Of a stretch of DNA of 64,000 nt, positions 54,684 through 63,498 are shown one piece after another. Source of the DNA: Candidatus Magasanikiibacteriota bacterium (lineage in GTDB: Bacteria; Patescibacteriota; Patescibacteriia; Magasanikbacterales; UBA922); NCBI GenBank assembly GCA_018652595.1, contig JABIBU010000016.1:26911-90910 (forward strand). Reading direction: 5' to 3'. The position numbers and the translations under genes were made by a program. Positions within the stretch are counted from its first letter, which is position 1; each line of letters begins with the position of its first letter. The notes beneath the pieces were generated by a model. The model did not search any database, was not told where the DNA came from, and saw only the letters and a list, made by a program, of their open reading frames with translations.

Positions 54684-55802
54684 CTATTTTTTAATTTTTT
54701 TACTCTTTTTCACCAGATAGAAGATAACTATCAAACTAACCACAATCACTATCAACAATGCTAATACACTATGTAAAATCATTGAAATAAGTATGGTCAC
54801 GGAAGACAAGACCAAAGCAACAAGAAAGGCTAGTAATCCAAAACCGAATCTGCCCATACTACCTATTATAGGCACAACATCCAACAAAACACTAATTGGC
54901 GCTAAAACCATTATTAAACCAAGCCACATTAAGCAAAAACCCACAATTCTACCTACCCAACCAGCGGCTTTATATTCTTGTTTCATCTTCATAACACCCT
55001 GGTCTCTATTACCGAGAGTTAGCCTCAATAATGACTCCCCCTTAGGACTTGCATACTTTTGAATAGTTTTTTTATTCAAAGAACCAAAGACTGTTACAAA
55101 TTCACCATCTTTGACAACACTATAACTAATACGAAGATCTCCGATTTCGGGTGCGGTAAGATTACCCTTTCCAACATAGATATAATTATCATTTAAGAGT
55201 AGTTTTTCATTTGTTGGCAAATTCACAATATCATTATTCAAAGTCAATTTTCTAAATTCATCGTCTGTTAATGATAGACCGTTCATATTTATCTCATAAC
55301 CATCTATTTCAATTAAACTAGACGCAAATTCTTCGCTTTTAATCTCCTGCAAAGGATTGGTATGGCCTTCTTTGTGCTTGAAACTAGCAGAATTGCCTGG
55401 TTTATCTGTCCATTCTTTAACATATTCGTATGTTGTTTCTCTGGTTTCTGATCCTCCTAATTTCTTTTTACTTTTTGTACTTTTTTCTTCTTCCCAAGAA
55501 TACATTTCTACAACTCTTTCAACAAAAGCATAGTCACCTTCTTTTAAATATTTCCTGTCTCCTAATTTCTCACCAACATCCAACTTACCACTTACATATA
55601 CCAAATCTCCATCAACCACCTCCACAGAACCAACCTCAACTGCCTGAGAAGCAATCTTACTATAATCCACTCTCCCTTCTGTAACATACAAGACCACAAA
55701 AGAAATCAGGAATAACAAAATACCGAAAACAACTCCTTTTATAGAATTTCCAAGACGGCTTCCTAAGCCAACATTTGTGACCTCTGTAAATTTATCTGGC
55801 AT
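54684..55802 (-). CDS. membrane protein (N-terminal TM, extracytoplasmic domain, C-terminal multi-TM), hypothetical
   Basis: Topology only; no motif recognised. Occupies the position where ftsI would follow ftsL. Confidence 0.45.
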   Translation of the reverse strand: MPDKFTEVTNVGLGSRLGNSIKGVVFGILLFLISFVVLYVTEGRVDYSKIASQAVEVGSVEVVDGDLVYVSGKLDVGEKLGDRKYLKEGDYAFVERVVEMYSWEEEKSTKSKKKLGGSETRETTYEYVKEWTDKPGNSASFKHKEGHTNPLQEIKSEEFASSLIEIDGYEINMNGLSLTDDEFRKLTLNNDIVNLPTNEKLLLNDNYIYVGKGNLTAPEIGDLRISYSVVKDGEFVTVFGSLNKKTIQKYASPKGESLLRLTLGNRDQGVMKMKQEYKAAGWVGRIVGFCLMWLGLIMVLAPISVLLDVVPIIGSMGRFGFGLLAFLVALVLSSVTILISMILHSVLALLIVIVVSLIVIFYLVKKSKKIKK

Positions 55803-55817
55803 AGTTTTTGATTAAAA

Positions 55818-55845
55818 ATAAAAAAACCCCGAAAGGGGTTTTATG
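55818..55845. terminator. terminator downstream of ftsL
   Basis: aaaaaa-cccc-gaaa-gggg-ttttatg (GNRA tetraloop hairpin). Confidence 0.6.
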
Positions 55846-55851
55846 TTTATA

Positions 55852-56187
55852 CTATCTCATAGCAACTGCCGATCCAACCAGTGTCACATACTCTACATTG
55901 CCACCAGCCTCTACCATATTTAGACTTGCTAGACGGTTCTGAATACTATTCATGGACCTGTGCGAGGCAATTTCCAATTCTAGACGTTGATTTCCTTGTT
56001 CTAGGACTTGAACCTGCTTCTCAAGATCATTTATTTCATAGCCTTTTGTAGAAAGTGAGCTAGTTTTGACCACATACATGAACCCAAACGCCAATACTAC
56101 TGTCAAAAGTACAGCTCTGAATGTGGTTCCCAAGAGCCACTGCCTTACGGCTTGTCTTTTTTGTCGAAGTGTCTGATGATTGGTCAT
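55852..56187 (-). CDS. ftsL: cell division protein FtsL-like (septum formation initiator)
   Basis: Short bitopic protein with TM plus coiled coil, located immediately downstream of rsmH as in dcw clusters. Confidence 0.6.
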   Translation of the reverse strand: MTNHQTLRQKRQAVRQWLLGTTFRAVLLTVVLAFGFMYVVKTSSLSTKGYEINDLEKQVQVLEQGNQRLELEIASHRSMNSIQNRLASLNMVEAGGNVEYVTLVGSAVAMR

Positions 56188-57095
56188 AATTTTTCAATAA
56201 CCCTTAATTTTGCAGATCTGGCTCGAGGATTTTCTTTTCCCTCTTCATCACTGCAAACTATTGGTTTTTTATTTATTATATTTAGTATTTTTCCGTTTTG
56301 TTTTTTGAAATAAGTTTTTGCAATTCTATCCTCGCCCGAATGAAAACTAATTACTGCGAGTCGCCCACCTGGAGCTAGAGCTTCTACAGCTTGAGGCAAT
56401 GTTTGCTCCAATACTTTTAGCTCATCGTTCACTGCAATTCGGAGGGCCTGAAAAACTTTTGTAGCCGGATGTATACCACCTATCCACGGAATTTCTTTTT
56501 CGGTCTTCAATTTATCTCTATAAACTTGCAAAACAATTTCTACCAATTCACCGACTGTCTCAATTCTTTTTTCTTTTCGTTTATCTACTATTGCCTTAAC
56601 AATTTGTTTGCTCAAATTTTCTTCTCCGTATTTTTTGAATATAATCACCAGCCTTCCAAAATCCAATTCATTTACAATGTCCGCTGCTGACATCTTCATT
56701 TCATTGCCAGCAAAACGCATATCTAGCTTTTCTTCTGGTTGTAAAAAACTAAACCCCCTTCCTCTGTCCTCAAACTGTGGCGTAGACCAACCCAAATCCA
56801 TCAAAATTCCATTCGCTGGACCAAAATTATTTTCCTCTAGAATACTACCTAAATTTACAAAATTATCTCGAACAAATACCACTCTATCTTCATTTTTATA
56901 GAGGAACTGCTTGGCTCGCAAAACCGCTTCCATGTCAGCATCAATCCCCAGCAATTTTCCATATGGTGCTGTTGCTTCCAAAATCTTTTCTGCATGTCCT
57001 GCATCGCCCAATGTACAATCGATGACATTCATTCCAGTTTTTAATTGCAATAATTCCAAAACTTCCTTTAATAATACTGGAACGTGCTTACTCAT
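56184..57095 (-). CDS. rsmH: 16S rRNA (cytosine1402-N4)-methyltransferase
   Basis: VPVLLKEV…DCTLGDAGHA and SAM-binding motifs of RsmH/MraW. Confidence 0.9.
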   Translation of the reverse strand: MSKHVPVLLKEVLELLQLKTGMNVIDCTLGDAGHAEKILEATAPYGKLLGIDADMEAVLRAKQFLYKNEDRVVFVRDNFVNLGSILEENNFGPANGILMDLGWSTPQFEDRGRGFSFLQPEEKLDMRFAGNEMKMSAADIVNELDFGRLVIIFKKYGEENLSKQIVKAIVDKRKEKRIETVGELVEIVLQVYRDKLKTEKEIPWIGGIHPATKVFQALRIAVNDELKVLEQTLPQAVEALAPGGRLAVISFHSGEDRIAKTYFKKQNGKILNIINKKPIVCSDEEGKENPRARSAKLRVIEKL

Positions 57096-57133
57096 AATTT
57101 TCAGGGTACACTGATGCCCAAGGTATCAATTAT

Positions 57134-57565
57134 TTAAATTCCCAACTCAAACATATCTTCTGCAATATTCTCACTTTCTTTTTCACTCTTTGTCTTATAT
57201 GCTTCCCAATTTTTCTGATCCCAAAGCTCGAGACGGTTGTATAGCCCTGCCACGACAACTTGTTTCTTGAGACCAGCAAAACTGCGAAGATACTCTGGCA
57301 ACATTACTCTACCTTGCTTGTCCACACCCACATCCATGGCACCAGCCAGCATCAGACGTGCAAAAGCACGGGCTTTGGCTTGTGAAAATGGCAAAGTAGC
57401 CAATTTGTCAGCCAATTTTTTCCACTCAATCTTGGTATACAGGAACAGACAATTGTCCAAACCACGAGTGACTACTGCCCCCTTACTCAAATCAGCCCTA
57501 AATTTCTTTGGTACTGCAAGTCGCCCCTTCTCGTCTAAATTGTGGCTATATTCACCTATGAACAC
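57134..57565 (-). CDS. mraZ: transcriptional regulator MraZ
   Basis: Duplicated MraZ domain (DEKGRLAVP… and DKQGRVMLP…). Confidence 0.9.
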   Translation of the reverse strand: MFIGEYSHNLDEKGRLAVPKKFRADLSKGAVVTRGLDNCLFLYTKIEWKKLADKLATLPFSQAKARAFARLMLAGAMDVGVDKQGRVMLPEYLRSFAGLKKQVVVAGLYNRLELWDQKNWEAYKTKSEKESENIAEDMFELGI

Positions 57566-57631
57566 AAGATTGTAATTATTGATAAATAGACAAGCACCTT
57601 ATTTATCAACTTAATGCGCAAGGTTAGTAGT

Positions 57632-57648
57632 TCCCCACTTTTCCCCAC
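57632..57648 (-). promoter_or_regulatory. GTGGG-type direct repeats (MraZ-box-like, 2 x GTGGGGA, 10-bp period) upstream of mraZ
   Basis: Plus strand tccccacttttccccac = minus GTGGGGAAAAGTGGGGA, about 70 nt upstream of the mraZ ATG. Additional GGGTGTG-type repeats at about 57705-57717 and 57737-57747. MraZ is known to bind GTGGG-type direct repeats upstream of its own operon. Confidence 0.45.
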
Positions 57649-57746
57649 GTACTTCCATTATATACCACTTTAAAACACTTAGCAACCCTTTTTAGGGTTG
57701 TTTATCCACACCCTAAAGACAATAATTTAATTATTCACACCCACTC

Positions 57747-57775
57747 TTGACAAAACCTTTGTTTTGTGCTATAAT
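57747..57775 (+). promoter_or_regulatory. perfect-consensus sigma70 promoter driving the candidate ncRNA
   Basis: TTGACA (57747-57752), 17-nt spacer, TATAAT (57770-57775). Confidence 0.65.
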
Positions 57776-57782
57776 GCTTTGT

Positions 57783-58186
57783 TAAGTTAAATAAGTCAAG
57801 ATCCTGTGTGTATATAATAATTTGTCTATACACAGGGCCTTGGGTGGCCAGACGACGTGCACCCAGTACGGGCAGGCAGTAAAAAATGGTTCACAATCGC
57901 GAAAATGCGAGGAAAAACCAGATCAATCATGATCCTGGAGAACCATCTAATCTGCAGCCACGCAGGGCAGTTCACCAGAACCGTCGACCAGCAATCTGGC
58001 CACCCAAGCCCCACTCAATTCCGCCCTTTTTAGGAGCAAGTAGCAGGCGTGCACCTCCCAAGCCATCTCGGCAATCCATGGGAACCCTTTCGCACAACAA
58101 AAGCCTGCTACTTGCTCCATGAAACTCTTTGACTATTTAAGTAATTAAAGAGTAATAAAAAACCAGCGATAACGCTGGTTTTTTAA
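57783..58186 (+). ncRNA. candidate structured ncRNA with consensus promoter and terminator, class undetermined
   Basis: Perfect TTGACA-17-TATAAT at 57747-57775; intrinsic terminator at 58162-58184. 12-bp 5' hairpin (57803-57837). Long-range helices 57835-57852 :: 57995-58012 (17 bp, one mismatch) and 58033-58048 :: 58103-58118 (16 bp perfect). The only ORFs are Pro/Arg-rich low-complexity. Confidence 0.55.
58155..58186. terminator. bidirectional terminator (ncRNA candidate / beta-CASP RNase)
   Basis: aaaaa-accagcg-ataa-cgctggt-tttttaatt. Confidence 0.7.
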
Positions 58187-58206
58187 TTATCAATTTTACC
58201 TAAAAA

Positions 58207-59562
58207 CTAAATCTCAAACTCCTCACCAAACTCAGGTATAAAAGCCTCCACTTTATACTTATCCCTCAAACGATGTGCAAATTCTGTAGCTGCATGTGAT
58301 TCGCCGTGTATGCAAAAAATCTTTTTAGGTGTGTTTCCACTAGATCCTGCCCAGTCAATTAATTTTTTCTGATCACCATGAGCAGACAGAGCGCCGATGG
58401 CTTTTATTGTACATCTCACATCCACATCGGCACCCATAATTTTTACTTTTTCTTTTCCTTCATAAAGCTTTCTACCCAAAGTCCCACTGGCCTGATAACC
58501 GACAATTATAAGTGTGGAATTTGGATCTGGGAGATAGCGGAAAGCATGATGAATAATTCTACCACCATTCATCATACCGGCTCCGGCAATTATCATTTTG
58601 GAACCACGAATATGATTAATTTGTTTGGACTCTTCACGTGTATGGGTCATTTTTAATCCAGGAAAATCCAGGAAATCATCCCCAACCATATGCAGACGCA
58701 TGGCTTCTTCATCATAGTATTCTGGATATTTTCCATATACTGCAGTAGCATCAATTGCCAGCGGACTATCCAAGAAAATTGGAATCTTTGGAAGTTCCTT
58801 ATCATGCTCACTAAGCTTATTTAGCTCATACAAAAATTCTTGTGTACGCTCCAAAGAAAAAGCTGGTATCATAATGGCCCCACCTTTTTTTACACCCTCT
58901 TTTATTAATTTTAGAATAACTTCACGCCTCACCTCAATTGGTTCGTGAATCCTGTCGCCATAAGTTGATTCACAAAGCAATACATCTATATCATTACTTA
59001 ATTTTTGTGTATCTTTCAATATTGGGACATTTTCATTTCCAATATCTCCTGAAAACGCAATCTTCTTACCGTCTACTGACAATTCTATAAAGGCTGCGCC
59101 AAAAATATGTCCAGCATCTTTCCAAATGGCTTTTACGCCGGGCAAGACTTCTGTCTTTTCATTATAGTTTATTCCAGTGCAATAAGATTTTGCTACCGCA
59201 ATATCTGCCTCACCAAACAATACTGGCGTGCCATAACGCTTCAAATTTTCTTTCATAATATGCCAACCATCCACCCAAATAAGCTCAGCAAATTCGCAAG
59301 TTGCTTTGGTCATCCAAATCTTTCCCTTGAAGCCATCCTTTATTAATTTTGGTATTCTACCAACATGATCTAGATGTCCGTGAGTAACCAGAAGAACGTC
59401 AATCTCTGCTGGATTGAAAGGAAAATCTTCGTGATTTTTGCCCTCATTAAACTTACCCCCTTGGAACATCCCACAATCTACTAGGATCTTGTACTTGTCT
59501 GTCTCTAGAAGATGACAAGAACCCGTCACCCCACCAGCCGCTCCACAAAATTTTAATTTCAT
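58207..59562 (-). CDS. beta-CASP family MBL-fold ribonuclease (COG1236, RNase J/CPSF-like)
   Basis: THGHLDH metallo-beta-lactamase motif, beta-CASP motifs, C-terminal His. Confidence 0.75.
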   Translation of the reverse strand: MKLKFCGAAGGVTGSCHLLETDKYKILVDCGMFQGGKFNEGKNHEDFPFNPAEIDVLLVTHGHLDHVGRIPKLIKDGFKGKIWMTKATCEFAELIWVDGWHIMKENLKRYGTPVLFGEADIAVAKSYCTGINYNEKTEVLPGVKAIWKDAGHIFGAAFIELSVDGKKIAFSGDIGNENVPILKDTQKLSNDIDVLLCESTYGDRIHEPIEVRREVILKLIKEGVKKGGAIMIPAFSLERTQEFLYELNKLSEHDKELPKIPIFLDSPLAIDATAVYGKYPEYYDEEAMRLHMVGDDFLDFPGLKMTHTREESKQINHIRGSKMIIAGAGMMNGGRIIHHAFRYLPDPNSTLIIVGYQASGTLGRKLYEGKEKVKIMGADVDVRCTIKAIGALSAHGDQKKLIDWAGSSGNTPKKIFCIHGESHAATEFAHRLRDKYKVEAFIPEFGEEFEI

Positions 59563-59649
59563 AAAAATTAATTAATACTAAAGTAAATAGAGTATACCAC
59601 AAAACAGAGCCTACACAAAAACCAAAAACTATGGTATTATATCTACAGT

Positions 59650-59731
59650 GCTTTTTCTAAAAAGCCTTTTTAGCTCTACCTGTCGGTAGACAGGCTTTTC
59701 CAGCTTTTCAAGCCTTTTAGGCATTTATATT
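59650..59731 (+). repeat. AT-rich intergenic motif family copy 3
   Basis: Hairpin cctgtc-ggta-gacagg followed by ggcttttccagcttttcaagccttttaggcatttatattATG (start of the 59732 gene). Confidence 0.55.
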
Positions 59732-60406
59732 ATGCGTCGAAATATCGAACAAATAGAGATCAAGGAGCCACCTATTCAAGAACTGGGCAAAAAAAGATCT
59801 TGTCTAAAAAGAACTTGTTTTACTGGCTGTGGCTGCATAGTTATCTTTATTATTGCTTCTATTTTGTTATTAAAATTTGCTACTGGACCCAGAACAAAAA
59901 AATTGAATGAAGTTCCAGATAATTTTCCTGAATCAGTCCCGCTTTATGATTCAGACAATATTGAAGAAATAACCTTTACTTCCGGAAAAGAAAAAGGTCG
60001 TGCACTAGAGATTGTCGCCTTTGTTCCAAAATTAATCCTATCTCCTATTATTTTAGGGCTTGACAAGGAGGATAACTCTGGAACTGGTATCAGCATGAAT
60101 ATTAAAAAGACAGGCACTTGGAAAAACTTTGTAAACATAATGAAAGAACCTGTAGTCGATCACCGCGATACAATCCAAATAGAATGGACTGAGATGCCTG
60201 CCGAACCTTGGTTTGTGCAGAGCTACTATGAAACAGAATTAAAAAGTTTTGAGCACATCACAGAAAGAGATAATGAAAAAGATAATACCATTCGTAGGTT
60301 GAATTTTGAATTAGATGAAATAGAAGGTATACTATATATAGAAGACAATCCCACACAAGGTGGAACTGATTATGTATTGTTAACCGTAAAAACCCCTATA
60401 AAATAA
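59732..60406 (+). CDS. membrane-anchored hypothetical protein
   Basis: ORF with N-terminal TM. Start immediately follows an intergenic repeat motif. Confidence 0.4.
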   Translation: MRRNIEQIEIKEPPIQELGKKRSCLKRTCFTGCGCIVIFIIASILLLKFATGPRTKKLNEVPDNFPESVPLYDSDNIEEITFTSGKEKGRALEIVAFVPKLILSPIILGLDKEDNSGTGISMNIKKTGTWKNFVNIMKEPVVDHRDTIQIEWTEMPAEPWFVQSYYETELKSFEHITERDNEKDNTIRRLNFELDEIEGILYIEDNPTQGGTDYVLLTVKTPIK

Positions 60407-60423
60407 AGAATAATTTAAACCAT

Positions 60424-61344
60424 ATGTCTATCAAAGTCTTGAAACAAAAAGAACTAACCTGGGTCAACATCGACAAACTCGATAATGAGGCTTTGGCTTA
60501 TCTAAAAGAAAATTATAACTTCCACCACTTGGACTACGAAGATTTGCAAGGTGAGGTACAGACCCCAAAAATAGACGTATATAAAAATTATCTATTTCTG
60601 GTCTTTCATTTTCCTCATTGGAATTCTGTTTCACAAAAAGTAAAATCTCATGAAGTAGACGTATTCATGGGAGATGGATATCTAATCACAATCCAACACA
60701 CCAAGAGCAAAGAAATAAAAAACTTTTTTTATCGCTGTACAAAAAACAAAAAAGTAAAAGCTGACTGGATGCAAACAGGCCCAGGCCATCTATTATACAG
60801 ACTCACAGAGGCACTATTTAGAAATAGCCAGCCAATATTAGACACTATTGGAAAACAAATATCTGAGCTAGAAAATGAGATTTACTCTGGAGAACAAGAT
60901 ACTAAGACTGTAAAAGAACTTGCTATTCATCGTAGAAATATTTTGCAATTTAGAAGAATACTAGACCCACAACGATATCTAATTAGTAATCTTACTCATA
61001 TTCGCAAATCCTTTTTGGATGAAAGCTTGGCAATTTATTTTGATAATGTTAGCGATTATTTGAGCAAAATCTGGTCTATTACAGACACTTACCGAGATAC
61101 AATAGATGGATTACATGTAACAGTAGAATCTCTTATAAATCACAGGACAAACAAAGTAATTAGTGCTCTAACAGTTATTTCTGTCTCACTACTACCTCTT
61201 ACTTTGCTTTCTGGTATTTATGGCATGAACATCGCTGGTCTACCACATGCCCAAAATCCTTTTTGGGTCTGGATGATGTTTATAGGGATGCTATCTTTTA
61301 TACTAATAGTGATAGCTGTGATGAAGAAGAAGAAGTGGTTGTAA
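60424..61344 (+). CDS. corA: magnesium/cobalt transporter CorA
   Basis: C-terminal two TMs with the YGMNIAG (GMN) signature. Confidence 0.85.
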   Translation: MSIKVLKQKELTWVNIDKLDNEALAYLKENYNFHHLDYEDLQGEVQTPKIDVYKNYLFLVFHFPHWNSVSQKVKSHEVDVFMGDGYLITIQHTKSKEIKNFFYRCTKNKKVKADWMQTGPGHLLYRLTEALFRNSQPILDTIGKQISELENEIYSGEQDTKTVKELAIHRRNILQFRRILDPQRYLISNLTHIRKSFLDESLAIYFDNVSDYLSKIWSITDTYRDTIDGLHVTVESLINHRTNKVISALTVISVSLLPLTLLSGIYGMNIAGLPHAQNPFWVWMMFIGMLSFILIVIAVMKKKKWL

Positions 61345-61346
61345 TA

Positions 61347-61757
61347 AGTAGAAAGGTAAAAGTATAAAGTAGAAAGATTATGTCTTTAGAAAAATTTGAA
61401 GATATAATTGCCTGGCAAAAAGCTGGCAAACTTACTTTAAGTGTCTATAAAACCTTTAAATGTTGTAAGGACTATAATTTTAAAGATCAAATACAAAGAG
61501 CTACAGTATCAATAATGAATAATATTGCCGAAGGGTTTGAAAGGAAATCAAATAAAGAGTTTATAAGATTTTTGTACATTGCAAAAGGATCTTGCGGAGA
61601 AGTTCGATCAATGCTCTATTTGGCAATTAAATTAAATTATATAAAAGAAGAAGATTTTCAAGAGTTTTATAATAAATCAGTAGAAATTTCCAAGATACTT
61701 TCCGGATTAATTAAATCACTCAAATAACTTTCTACTTTTACCTTTATACTTTCTACT
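61347..61757 (+). mobile_element. inverted-repeat-flanked mini-cassette carrying the four-helix-bundle gene
   Basis: IR-L agtagaaaggtaaaagtataaagtagaaag (61347-61376) and IR-R ctttctacttttacctttatactttctact (61728-61757); terminal 9-mers perfect and duplicated. The cassette fills exactly the corA-murJ intergenic gap. Confidence 0.55.
61380..61727 (+). CDS. four-helix-bundle protein (23S rRNA intervening-sequence protein family, TIGR02436-like)
   Basis: AWQKA…VY…RATVSIMNNIAEGFERKS…EFIRFLYIAKGSCGE matches the family consensus. Flanked by 30-nt inverted repeats. Confidence 0.75.
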   Translation: MSLEKFEDIIAWQKAGKLTLSVYKTFKCCKDYNFKDQIQRATVSIMNNIAEGFERKSNKEFIRFLYIAKGSCGEVRSMLYLAIKLNYIKEEDFQEFYNKSVEISKILSGLIKSLK

Positions 61758-61764
61758 GATTTTC

Positions 61765-63378
61765 ATGATCAAAAGAATATTGTCTTCACAATCAAATTCT
61801 ATAACAGGCGCTGCCGTAGTTCTCGGTCTAGCGTCTTTTATAAGTCGATTAATTGGTATAGTCCGTGATCGCCTCTTTGCTCACCACTTTGGAGCTGGAG
61901 ATGTATTGGATGCATACTATGCAGCATTTAGAATTCCTGATCTAGTTTACAATTTGATAATTGTCGGAGCCCTGTCAGCTGGTTTTATTCCTATCTTTAT
62001 GAAATTGCTGGTAAAAGACAAGGAAGAAAGCTGGAAAGTAACCAATAGTATAATAAATATTTTAGGATTGATACTAGTGATTACTTGTGGAATTTTTTTC
62101 TGGTTTACACCTGGGCTAATGAAACTGATAGTACCTGGTTTTGATGGCGAGAAAATGCAGATGACTGTCACTCTAACTAGAATAATGTTCCTAAGTCCAA
62201 TCTTGCTTGGTATCAGTGGTATTGCTAGCAGTGTATTGCAATCTTTTAAAAATTTCTTGATCTACTCCCTCACACCAATCATGTATAATTTGGGAATTAT
62301 TATTGGTGTGATTTTTTTTGTACCAATTTGGGGAATAAACGGCTTAGCGTACGGTGTGATACTTGGCGCACTACTGCATCTTGCTATTCAAATCCCCTCT
62401 CTATATCATCACGGCTTTCGTTATCAAGCATTGTTTTTGTGGAAAAACAAATATGTCCGTGAAATTGGTCGTCTCATGATACCACGAACTTTGGGCATGG
62501 CTGTTAGTCAAATCAATTTATTAGTAATTACAATTTTAGCTTCAACTCTCACAGCCGGAAGTATTGCGATTTTTAATTTGGCCAATAATTTACAATTTTT
62601 TCCCATTGGCTTAATCGGCATTTCTTTTGCTATTGCGGCATTCCCTACTTTGGCAAAATTTGTCGCTGAAGACAATAAGCAGGAAATGATAAACCAACTA
62701 TCCTCGACCATTCGTCAAATTTTATTTTTTATAATTCCTCTCACTGTCGCCTTTTTACTATTACGCGCCCAGATTGTTCGCGTAGTTTTGGGCTCTGGTC
62801 AGTTTGATTGGAATGACACAATTCTCACTGCCAATACTTTAGCTTTTTTCTCAATCTCACTTTTTGCCCAGTGCTTAATTCCACTACTCGCTCGTGCTTT
62901 TTATGCTCTACACGACACATGGACACCATTTTTTGTAGGACTTGTCAGTGCCGGAGTAAATGTAATTGGAGTACTATATTTCAGACAGCTTTTAGGTGTC
63001 AGTGGTCTAGCACTTGGTTTTTCAATAGCTATGATTGTACAGATGTCCCTGCTCTGGCTACTTCTAAGAGGAAAACTTGGGACTCTGCACGAATCAAAAA
63101 TAATTATGTCGCTTTATAAAATTTCTGTAGCTGGAGTAATTATGGCCATATCCGTGCAAATTTTAAAAATCCCCCTAGCCAATCTAGTAGACATGACCAA
63201 GTTTTGGGGAATTCTAACTCAGGGATTCGTAGCCGGTGGAGCAGGCTTGATTATATACGGATTTATCTGCTGGATTTTAAGACTAGAAGAAATGCACCGA
63301 TTCTTTGGAAGTTTGAAACGTAGATGGTTAAAATTAACAAATGTACAAGGTGAAATTAATAGAGCGGATGAAATTTAG
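61765..63378 (+). CDS. murJ: lipid II flippase MurJ
   Basis: 14 TM. N-terminal RD motif region (GIVRDRLFAHHFGAG) characteristic of MurJ/MviN. Confidence 0.85.
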   Translation: MIKRILSSQSNSITGAAVVLGLASFISRLIGIVRDRLFAHHFGAGDVLDAYYAAFRIPDLVYNLIIVGALSAGFIPIFMKLLVKDKEESWKVTNSIINILGLILVITCGIFFWFTPGLMKLIVPGFDGEKMQMTVTLTRIMFLSPILLGISGIASSVLQSFKNFLIYSLTPIMYNLGIIIGVIFFVPIWGINGLAYGVILGALLHLAIQIPSLYHHGFRYQALFLWKNKYVREIGRLMIPRTLGMAVSQINLLVITILASTLTAGSIAIFNLANNLQFFPIGLIGISFAIAAFPTLAKFVAEDNKQEMINQLSSTIRQILFFIIPLTVAFLLLRAQIVRVVLGSGQFDWNDTILTANTLAFFSISLFAQCLIPLLARAFYALHDTWTPFFVGLVSAGVNVIGVLYFRQLLGVSGLALGFSIAMIVQMSLLWLLLRGKLGTLHESKIIMSLYKISVAGVIMAISVQILKIPLANLVDMTKFWGILTQGFVAGGAGLIIYGFICWILRLEEMHRFFGSLKRRWLKLTNVQGEINRADEI

Positions 63379-63404
63379 TACACGATACAATATACACGAA
63401 ACAA

Positions 63405-63440
63405 GATAGTACGTACTTTAAGTACGTACTATTTATTTTT
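63405..63440 (+). terminator. terminator downstream of murJ
   Basis: agtacgtact-tta-agtacgtact-atttattttt. Confidence 0.6.
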
Positions 63441-63498
63441 ATATCAACCCTTGTCAAGACCAAAAAATAATGCTAAAATATAGTCAAAATAGCTTTTT

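Noticed and set aside
57826-58122. ORFs 57886-58122 (+, 78 aa) and 57826-58014 (-, 62 aa) inside the promoter/terminator-bounded GC-rich segment
   Set aside because: Pro/Arg-rich low-complexity translation with no domain. The region shows extensive long-range base pairing consistent with ncRNA.
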